From the IMG/VR virus record IMGVR_UViG_3300045988_154040: a stretch of DNA of 64,000 bases. The stretch is one strand, 5' to 3'. The DNA comes from a virus. A model generated the notes under the pieces. The model was not told where the DNA came from. It did not search any database and saw only the letters and a program-made list of their open reading frames with translations. The position numbers and the translations under genes were made by a program. Below, piece by piece: positions 9,200-16,033 of the stretch (position 1 is the stretch's first letter; each line of letters begins with the position of its first letter).

Positions 9200-9616
9200 T
9201 TATAAACGGCGGCGAGATATACTATAATCTCTAAAATTTCCGTGTTCATCAATAATATGTTTCTTTAATAATTGTTTTTTTACTATTTCGTTTTTGGTTT
9301 TATCTCTATCCCATATTTTTACATATGCATCAATATCACCAATTTCTACTGCAAATACAGCACGATACACTTCTTCGATGTTAAAAATATTTTCGGAGCT
9401 ATATTGAGTATGAAATGTTAAATCTTCATTATAATTAGCTAAGCTTAACCACTCATGTGTTCCTGATAAGCCATCATACTTTATATTTGTAAAATTTATT
9501 AATATATCTTTAGCAGTAGTAGTTGTTTCATTCATTCCTGTATCACGAAGTACAAAATAAATTCTACCATCTGTAATTTTTACAAACATACCTGTTTTTA
9601 AATCATTCTTCGTCAT
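9200..9616 (-). CDS. hypothetical protein (domain paralog of the 7225-7782 C-terminus)
   Basis: See the shared sequence blocks listed for 7225-7782. Confidence 0.6.
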   Translation of the reverse strand: MTKNDLKTGMFVKITDGRIYFVLRDTGMNETTTTAKDILINFTNIKYDGLSGTHEWLSLANYNEDLTFHTQYSSENIFNIEEVYRAVFAVEIGDIDAYVKIWDRDKTKNEIVKKQLLKKHIIDEHGNFRDYSISRRRL

Positions 9617-9863
9617 TGTTCTTTCTCCAATTTTCTGTGTTCCAACATATATTACATGGAATTTCTTGTTCTACACAATCATTTATTTTTTCTAAAATTA
9701 TAGAAAATTCGTCAGGGCAATATGCATTGATGATTATATTCTTTTGTTCTTCTTCTGTTAAAGAATTCCAGTTTTCTTCATTCCTAACATTTAGCATTTT
9801 ATTTTTTTCAAGTATAGTCTCTTTACAATTTTGTAACACATAATCTATAACTTTAATTTCCAT
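9603..9863 (-). CDS. hypothetical Cys-containing protein
   Basis: 86-aa ORF whose stop overlaps the start of the next gene. Confidence 0.5.
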   Translation of the reverse strand: MEIKVIDYVLQNCKETILEKNKMLNVRNEENWNSLTEEEQKNIIINAYCPDEFSIILEKINDCVEQEIPCNICWNTENWRKNNDEE

Positions 9864-9881
9864 ATTTTATTCTCCTTTAAA

Positions 9882-10205
9882 TTAAAATAAAAATGGGTCT
9901 TTAAAAGGGTCTTTATTTTCTTGTGATTCTGTTTCTTCGTCCAAAATATCATTTGTTTTCTGTAAAGTTGGAGTTTCATAACAATTAGTATAGATAACTA
10001 ATTCTTTAATTTCTTCTTTCTTACCTTCTACAGTAAAACCAGTTATATTTAATAATTCTACTGCTAATTCATCATGATATACAGGATAATTAACAAATAC
10101 TACTTTGTAATTATTTTCTTTAACTGTATCATCATTAAGTATACTCCTGAGAACATCTGTTGTTAAAAATGCTTTATTAGGCTGAGGCTGAGGATTTTTC
10201 ATCAT
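9882..10205 (-). CDS. hypothetical protein; paralog of 7794-8138
   Basis: Full-length similarity to 7794-8138. Confidence 0.65.
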   Translation of the reverse strand: MMKNPQPQPNKAFLTTDVLRSILNDDTVKENNYKVVFVNYPVYHDELAVELLNITGFTVEGKKEEIKELVIYTNCYETPTLQKTNDILDEETESQENKDPFKDPFLF

Positions 10206-10216
10206 GATTTTTCTCC

Positions 10217-10405
10217 TTAATGATTAGCAAAACATGCATTACGCTGAGCATTGTTAAGTTTAAAGTAAATACATTTAGGTTCACTTTTAAAATTCATAGC
10301 ATATGCTTTTGTAATAATAGAATTAATTTCTTTTGTAAATTTTTCAAAATCATCTCTATAAGCACAAACATTTCTATGAACACAATTTTCACAAGCGTCA
10401 CTCAT
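10217..10405 (-). CDS. small Cys-rich protein
   Basis: MSDACENCVHRNVCAYRDD...; 62 aa. Confidence 0.5.
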   Translation of the reverse strand: MSDACENCVHRNVCAYRDDFEKFTKEINSIITKAYAMNFKSEPKCIYFKLNNAQRNACFANH

Positions 10406-10419
10406 AACCGTTCCTCCTT

Positions 10420-10656
10420 TTAAGCTGTTGTATAACTGTTGTACAGCTTTATAGCATCTTTTAATTTAATGAATGGGGTTTCAACCACTTTTAAGGGGCC
10501 GTTCTCCACAAAAGATTCTTTAATGACCACATAAGAAATCTTGTCGAAATTGGGAATCTGAGGATTGATACAGCCAAACAACATTACCCTCATTTCACTA
10601 TCCTTGTACTCACTCATGATAAACCTCTTAAATAATTCTTCTCTTACTTTATTCAT
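10420..10656 (-). CDS. hypothetical protein
   Basis: 78-aa ORF in the operon. Confidence 0.5.
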   Translation of the reverse strand: MNKVREELFKRFIMSEYKDSEMRVMLFGCINPQIPNFDKISYVVIKESFVENGPLKVVETPFIKLKDAIKLYNSYTTA

Positions 10657-10670
10657 TTCTCATTCTCCTT

Positions 10671-10955
10671 TTATAATATTTTTATTATTTTTATGTTGTA
10701 ATGAGAATCTAAATAATCTTTAAGAATATTTAAATCATCATTTTCATTTTCTCCACTTATCCTAAATTCTATTGTATCTTTTAATAATTCAGTGTTGCAG
10801 TTAAATTCAGTAATGCCTAATAAACTTTTGGCGTTTACTTCTTTTCTTATAGTTTTATTAACCAATCTTACATCACTGTTTAAAGTACAGGTGCAAGAAA
10901 CAACAGATGGAAAATTATGGGGATAACTTTTAAAACAAAATGAAAATATTTTCAT
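10671..10955 (-). CDS. HPr/Crh-like phosphocarrier-fold protein (divergent)
   Basis: VNAKSLLG matches the HPr Ser46 loop VNLKSIMG. SGENENDDLNILKDYL matches SGADENDALNALEETM. His13 (YPHNFPS vs GIHARPA) lies exactly 31 residues before the Ser, as His15-Ser46 does in B. subtilis HPr. Arg17 is replaced by Phe. Confidence 0.6.
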   Translation of the reverse strand: MKIFSFCFKSYPHNFPSVVSCTCTLNSDVRLVNKTIRKEVNAKSLLGITEFNCNTELLKDTIEFRISGENENDDLNILKDYLDSHYNIKIIKIL

Positions 10956-10973
10956 AATATTTTTCTTCTTTCT

Positions 10974-11255
10974 TTACAAGAACAGCCAGGAGTACAGGGA
11001 GAAAAATGGATATAGGATAACCCTGACGATTGATAGGATACAAGTTAGTACAAACAAGAACAAGAGACTTAACACGTCAAAGGGTAACATCCACCAATTT
11101 GTATAAACATTTACCTTGTGCTTTGTTTTACTATGCCACCAGCATTTTAAATCGAATAACTGATAAATAAATAGCTGATTAAACCAATTTCCTTTCACCG
11201 CTAATTCTTTATTACAGATTTTACAAACTCCTTGTCTTTTCTTTATCATTTCCAT
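10974..11255 (-). CDS. membrane protein with N-terminal CxxC
   Basis: GVCKICNKE is followed by the hydrophobic C-terminal half WWMLPFDVLSLLFLFVLTCILSIVRVILYPFF. Confidence 0.5.
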   Translation of the reverse strand: MEMIKKRQGVCKICNKELAVKGNWFNQLFIYQLFDLKCWWHSKTKHKVNVYTNWWMLPFDVLSLLFLFVLTCILSIVRVILYPFFSLYSWLFL

Positions 11256-11482
11256 ATATTTTCTTTTTTCTCCTTTTCTTTATCTTCTTTATATCGTTTA
11301 TAGAATATTTCCATTTGTTTCTCAATTTCTGGGTCGTTTAATTCTTCTTCTGGCATTTGAGCACGACTTCCACCTACAGCACAAGGAGATATTTTATATA
11401 TTTCATGAAATAAATTGTAATCTGACATAACTGTACAATCTCCCATAGAATCTTCAAATCTACAACCAGAACCGTAGCACAT
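11246..11482 (-). CDS. small Cys-rich protein with a Lys/Glu-rich tail
   Basis: MCYGSGCRFEDSMGDC...; 78 aa. Confidence 0.5.
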   Translation of the reverse strand: MCYGSGCRFEDSMGDCTVMSDYNLFHEIYKISPCAVGGSRAQMPEEELNDPEIEKQMEIFYKRYKEDKEKEKKENIWK

Positions 11483-11561
11483 AATTTCTCCTTTGCTTTA
11501 TATGTACTTTGCCGATATATCAAATCAATTATAAATATATCGGTAAGTTGATGTTACATAG

Positions 11562-11590
11562 ACTATATCATATAAAATAATATATGTCAA
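11562..11590 (-). promoter_or_regulatory. sigma-A-type promoter TTGACA-17 bp-TATAGT (minus strand)
   Basis: Plus-strand tgtcaa at 11585-11590 and actata at 11562-11567. Confidence 0.55.
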
Positions 11591-11715
11591 TAGTTTTTGC
11601 AATTATTTTTTTATATATATTTTTGTATCACAAACTGGACAAATAATACATTCTGTAGATTCGTACATACTACATTGAACAGTTTTTAATCTTCCAAATT
11701 TTAATATTGCTTATG

Positions 11716-12234
11716 TCAGTTTTGATTATCTGGTAATGGCATCCAGGCAATTGGGTTATAAGTATCCCATCCATCAAAAAATATTTTCTGTCCTGATGAT
11801 GTACTGATATAAAACGATACCGTCCTCATACCATCAGGCAATAAAATCAAGAGTTTTTCATCCTCCCGCATAGCCCCACTGGTTTTTGGTGTCCGCTCAT
11901 CTACCGGAATCCATCTATAGTTATCCATTGCCTCAAGCGCTTCTATTGCCATGATATTACGCTCTACAGTTCCATCTTCTTTTCCTGTCAAAAGCGCATT
12001 ATCTATCTCAAATCCTTCAATTGCATCTCTGACCGTCATAATCTTTCCTTCCTCCGGTTCTCCCGGAAATGCTAATTTCCTGTTTCTGAATAACTGTTCG
12101 CATTCTACTGGTGTTAATTTGCACTGACAACATTGGCAACTCTTACCTGTTGCCCCACACCTATAATCCTCGTCATACTCGTTCCCGCTACGAAATGGGA
12201 TAACTACAACATAAGGACAGTTATAAAAATCCAT
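11716..12234 (-). CDS. Cys-rich N-terminal domain fused to a DUF551-like C-terminal domain
   Basis: The C-terminus WIPVDERTPK...LLILLPDG...NPIAWMPLPD has the DUF551 pattern (W.pv...P....vl......v.hWmPlP), recalled from memory. Confidence 0.55.
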   Translation of the reverse strand: MDFYNCPYVVVIPFRSGNEYDEDYRCGATGKSCQCCQCKLTPVECEQLFRNRKLAFPGEPEEGKIMTVRDAIEGFEIDNALLTGKEDGTVERNIMAIEALEAMDNYRWIPVDERTPKTSGAMREDEKLLILLPDGMRTVSFYISTSSGQKIFFDGWDTYNPIAWMPLPDNQN

Positions 12235-12264
12235 GCATTACCTTCTTTCTTAATTGTCAGTTCG

Positions 12265-12513
12265 TTACTTTCTTTTCCAATATTTACAAACTGATTTTCC
12301 AGTGATACTTTTTATTTGCTCTCTGAAATCTCCTCCAAAAGGCAAATCATAATCATCTTCTAATTCTGAAGAGTGTTTACATACAGGATAAACATATGAT
12401 GGTAGTTCACATCTTCCATATTCACCATATTGTCCATTAAAACAATCCCATTCTTTAAACAATTTACATGATTCACAATTTTTATTGCATTTCTTTTTCT
12501 GTCTACTATTCAT
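12265..12513 (-). CDS. small Cys-rich protein
   Basis: KKCNKNCESCKLFKEWDC...; 82 aa. Confidence 0.55.
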   Translation of the reverse strand: MNSRQKKKCNKNCESCKLFKEWDCFNGQYGEYGRCELPSYVYPVCKHSSELEDDYDLPFGGDFREQIKSITGKSVCKYWKRK

Positions 12514-12532
12514 TCTCCATCTTCTCCAAACC

Positions 12533-12691
12533 TTAATTTACTGGTTCCCAATACCAGTCAACCCGTTGCATGACAATTTCTTTAATATCCTCTTCTATTT
12601 CTTCGTCTGTCGCCCCGTCCGGATATTCCAGCTCATCCTCTACATCAGTACCAGCATATCCATAATTAGCTTTATATTTTACTTTTCTCAT
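12533..12691 (-). CDS. small acidic protein (52 aa)
   Basis: Hand-translated MRKVKYKANYGYAGTDVEDELEYPDGATDEEIEEDIKEIVMQRVDWYWEPVN. It replaces the implausible plus-strand ORF 12485-12715. Confidence 0.45.
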   Translation of the reverse strand: MRKVKYKANYGYAGTDVEDELEYPDGATDEEIEEDIKEIVMQRVDWYWEPVN

Positions 12692-12711
12692 TTTTCATCT
12701 CCATTAAAATA

Positions 12712-12876
12712 CTAATTTTCCTCATTATGCGATGTGCAGTATTCGCACCATTTGCAAGCCTCTATTGGCTCATCATCACCGGCACGACTAAATCCCATAC
12801 ATTTACCATTACTGTCCCGTCCCGGCTCCCCGCATCGCCTAATATACTTACAGTTGTCTGGTGTCCTCTTTGGCAT
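12712..12876 (-). CDS. small Cys-rich protein (54 aa)
   Basis: Hand-translated MPKRTPDNCKYIRRCGEPGRDSNGKCMGFSRAGDDEPIEACKWCEYCTSHNEEN with RBS GGAGGTG upstream. It replaces plus-strand ORF 12727-12933. Confidence 0.45.
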   Translation of the reverse strand: MPKRTPDNCKYIRRCGEPGRDSNGKCMGFSRAGDDEPIEACKWCEYCTSHNEEN

Positions 12877-12995
12877 TTTACACCTCCAAAATTCCTAAAT
12901 AATATTGAAAATAAAATTATCTATCAATGTTGAAATATTATTGCAAAAATTGTAAAAACAAATTATAATAATGCAATTTTTAATTACATATTTTA

Positions 12996-13712
12996 TTATT
13001 TACTTTCAATTGTTATAAAATCACTTATTTCCTGTGCGTTTGGTAAATGTGCAAAAAAATTAGCTAAATCTCTTAATTCTTTTTGTTTATGATTACGTCT
13101 GGCAAAATAGTAAGCTCTGGCAGTTTGAGCAGAACAAGTATAAGTGGCAGTAAAATTAAAACTTTGAGGTAAATCTTGTATAATTTGTCTAAATATATTT
13201 TCTTTTTCTTCTGAATCAGCAGGTAAAGAATTATATTTTAGAATAAGATTGTTTAAATGTAAAATAGTTGCATCACGAAACGGATTATTAATTATTTTTC
13301 CATTTTTATCATCATAACTAAAATCATTTATAGTTAAAGGTCTACTTGTAATTTTGTGCATACGACTGGAAGAATTTTTTACAGTAGCTACTTTATAGGT
13401 ATCAATATCCCACCATGCCGTCATAGGAGCTGTAAGTAAAAAAGAAAGTTGTATTTGTCTAAACCATTTTCCATGGTCAGTTCCAGCTAATATTAAATTC
13501 TCTGCTAATTTTTTATCTTTAGGGCCTATGATGATTCTTAATATTTTATTATGACTATTAAAATCATTAAGCGGAATTGTAAATATTTCTCCATTATCAT
13601 AATTGTAAGTTAAACAATAAGAATCTGATAAAAGATTACTATTTTTAGGTAATCTCATACCATATAAAGCATTTGCTAATCCTGAAATTTCCATTTTTTC
13701 AATTTTTATCAT
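12996..13712 (-). CDS. ThyX-like (flavin-dependent thymidylate synthase fold) protein lacking the RHR signature
   Basis: FRQIQLSFLLTAPMTAWWDIDTYKVATVKNSSSRMH aligns without gaps to T. maritima ThyX [36 protein letters not shown] (recalled). The AP, S and R positions are kept, but RHR is replaced by TYK. Confidence 0.45.
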   Translation of the reverse strand: MIKIEKMEISGLANALYGMRLPKNSNLLSDSYCLTYNYDNGEIFTIPLNDFNSHNKILRIIIGPKDKKLAENLILAGTDHGKWFRQIQLSFLLTAPMTAWWDIDTYKVATVKNSSSRMHKITSRPLTINDFSYDDKNGKIINNPFRDATILHLNNLILKYNSLPADSEEKENIFRQIIQDLPQSFNFTATYTCSAQTARAYYFARRNHKQKELRDLANFFAHLPNAQEISDFITIESK

Positions 13713-13714
13713 TA

Positions 13715-14629
13715 TTATTCCTCCAATTTTCCCATTAATTTTAAATTTTCTTTAATACGAAATGGACATGAAAGATTAATTGTAGCGTCAATAATCTTTT
13801 TAAGTTCTGTTACTTGGGATAACATTTCACTTCGTAATAATTTAGATTGTATCCTATAGTTTAATTCTTTATATATATTTTCTTTATTGGTGGATAGCCC
13901 ACTTTTATTTAAAGTTAGATGATAAACTTTATAATAACCTTCCCACCCAGGGAAATTTTCTCTTAATTTTTGTGAAGCAATTTTTTTAAATAAATAAATA
14001 CGATTTTCATTTCTGTAAATTTCACTCATTTTAGTGAATCCTAATTCTTTTAAAGTTTCTTCTTCAAGTCTAATAATTTTGGATTCTTCTAGTGATTCCA
14101 TAGGAATTGTATAGGTATCTGTATAAGTATTATAGCTTTTATAAATTCTATACCCTTGACGGCATTTAATCAAAGATTTAGATTCTAAACTCTTTAGTAT
14201 ATCTTTTACAAGTCTGCTTAAAAGATTATAAGATTTAATCATATAGTCTTTTAATTCCATGGGGTCACTATTCAAAATACTAGAAGAATCATCAATGTTA
14301 TAACGACAATAGCCATAGTCACTATTTACAATTCCACATGACGTAAGAATTTCCATCATGGAAAGACATTGATTATGTCCTTCTTGTTGAGATAATAGAT
14401 TGCTTAATATGGCTTCTAGGAGTTTTTGATACATTCCTCTTAATTCTTTTTCGTTTTTTTCATCTTCTGTATATTGTTTTTTAAAATTATAGAATCCATT
14501 TTTGACAGTAAATTCATAATCTTTTTTTAATATATTTATTTGGCTTCGCTGTTTTGAACCACTACAAGGAACCCAATTAAAGATAGCACAAATATCACGA
14601 TAACGATAATTTTTGCCATACTCAATCAT
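13715..14629 (-). CDS. hypothetical protein (304 aa)
   Basis: Long ORF between the ThyX-like and kinase-like genes; no motif recognised. Confidence 0.6.
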   Translation of the reverse strand: MIEYGKNYRYRDICAIFNWVPCSGSKQRSQINILKKDYEFTVKNGFYNFKKQYTEDEKNEKELRGMYQKLLEAILSNLLSQQEGHNQCLSMMEILTSCGIVNSDYGYCRYNIDDSSSILNSDPMELKDYMIKSYNLLSRLVKDILKSLESKSLIKCRQGYRIYKSYNTYTDTYTIPMESLEESKIIRLEEETLKELGFTKMSEIYRNENRIYLFKKIASQKLRENFPGWEGYYKVYHLTLNKSGLSTNKENIYKELNYRIQSKLLRSEMLSQVTELKKIIDATINLSCPFRIKENLKLMGKLEE

Positions 14630-15218
14630 AAATATATTTACCTATCTGCTGTTCAAACAAATGATGATAAAATAATTTTGCTTTATCCTCTAAAGATTCA
14701 AGGTCTTTGTTATTGTATACTACAAAATCATAGCGATAATTCTCTACGTCTTTATCGGCATGATTAGAGGTAACAGTGGGAACATTGGGATTTTTTACAA
14801 GTAAAGTATGACAAGTATTAGAACCAAAATAATTTACATATCTTTGAATTTCTTTTGGTTCGCGTGAATGAACAAAAATAAGTCCATCACCATTATTAAA
14901 ATCATTAATATTTTTTATTGCCGTATTAATGTTTTTTATAGTTTCTTTGTAAGGTACATCATCCCAGCTAGAAAGTAAATCTTTTAAATCACTTAAAAAT
15001 TTACGATTACTTTCAATTTTTGAACCATCCCATCCAGCTATAATAGCTAGACTTTTAACTAAATTAACAGAATCAATATTACACATAATTCGTAGGGAAA
15101 TAAGGGTATTTTCATCTATTGCTGAATTATTTGAATCATATGCTAATTTTAAACATAATTTAGCAAAAGTATCTTTACCTTTTCCTCCACTACCATTGAT
15201 GATGATAACATGATACAT
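14622..15218 (-). CDS. P-loop NTPase, phage dNMP-kinase-like
   Basis: The N-terminal Walker A IIINGSGGKGKDTF resembles the GxSGxGKDT loop of phage deoxynucleotide monophosphate kinases. Confidence 0.5.
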   Translation of the reverse strand: MYHVIIINGSGGKGKDTFAKLCLKLAYDSNNSAIDENTLISLRIMCNIDSVNLVKSLAIIAGWDGSKIESNRKFLSDLKDLLSSWDDVPYKETIKNINTAIKNINDFNNGDGLIFVHSREPKEIQRYVNYFGSNTCHTLLVKNPNVPTVTSNHADKDVENYRYDFVVYNNKDLESLEDKAKLFYHHLFEQQIGKYIYD

Positions 15219-15249
15219 ATTTAACCTCCTTTTAGTCTATTTTATTTTA

Positions 15250-15278
15250 ATAATAACAGAATATAATATAAATGTCAA
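15250..15278 (-). promoter_or_regulatory. sigma-A-type promoter TTGACA-17 bp-TATTAT (minus strand)
   Basis: Plus-strand tgtcaa at 15273-15278 and ataata at 15250-15255; lies upstream of the 15218 start. Confidence 0.5.
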
Positions 15279-15436
15279 TATGTAATTTTTTATTATATAT
15301 TTTATATTATATGTATATTAATTAAATATATGTATAATAATTATATAATATTATAAAATATATAAATATAATATAATTAATAATAATTTATATTTAATTA
15401 ATATTGTTATTACTAATTCCCCAAAATATTTGTATT

Positions 15437-15475
15437 GTTATTTTAGTTTTTTTGCAAGCAAAAAAACCAAATAAC
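15437..15475. repeat. imperfect 18-19 bp hairpin
   Basis: GTTATTTTAGTTTTTTTGC-AA-GCAAAAAAACCAAATAAC. Confidence 0.75.
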
Positions 15476-15492
15476 GAAAACAAATATTTTTT

Positions 15493-15720
15493 CAATTGAT
15501 ATAATTAATATTTTTTATAAACATAAATTCACAAATTTCTTGGTTTTATATATAATAATAGTTATCTATAAACAATTACTAATATAAATTTATATAACTC
15601 TTTCCACTTCGTTACAAGAGTTATATAAATTTCTAAAGTAATTGTAATTATATCTAATTATTATTATATATAAAACAGAAATTTATAAATTTATATAAAA
15701 AATATTAATTATATCAATTG
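15493..15720. repeat. about 228-bp imperfect palindrome in the A/T-only divergent intergenic region
   Basis: Outer arms CAATTGATATAATTAATATTTTTT (15493-15516) and its exact reverse complement (15697-15720). Inner arms AAATTTATATAACTCTT (15586-15602) / AAGAGTTATATAAATTT (15616-15632). The sequence between the arms is largely mirrored. Confidence 0.85.
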
Positions 15721-15968
15721 GATAGGGGTATTTTTTATATAATAATTATATAATTAATAATATATAATATATATTATTTATATTATTAAATATATTATAT
15801 ATTATTATATTTTATAATAATATTTATATATTATATTTTATATATAGTATATAGTATTACCTCCGAATTTTTTCTTATACCGTTATTTTTTAAAAAATTT
15901 TTTATGTAATAAAAACAATTAATAAAATTAGTATAAAATGTCTTTATTTTTTAATATTAAAATATATC

Positions 15969-15997
15969 TTGACAAAATTGTATATATAATATATAAT
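15969..15997 (+). promoter_or_regulatory. consensus sigma-A promoter TTGACA-17 bp-TATAAT for the RNAP gene
   Basis: TTGACA at 15969-15974 and TATAAT at 15992-15997, 36 nt upstream of the ATG at 16034. Confidence 0.7.
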
Positions 15998-16033
15998 ACA
16001 ATCATCACAAAAAAATATTAAGAAAGGGACAAT

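Noticed and set aside
12485-12933. Plus-strand track ORFs 12485-12715 and 12727-12933
   Set aside because: They run against the operon direction, have hydrophobic low-complexity products and lack RBSs. The minus strand encodes two short but well-formed genes, one with a GGAGGTG RBS.
15280-15870. Repetitive TATA/ATAAT-rich blocks as a possible CRISPR array or tandem satellite
   Set aside because: There is no fixed-length repeat alternating with unique spacers and no regular period. The organisation is palindromic, not direct.
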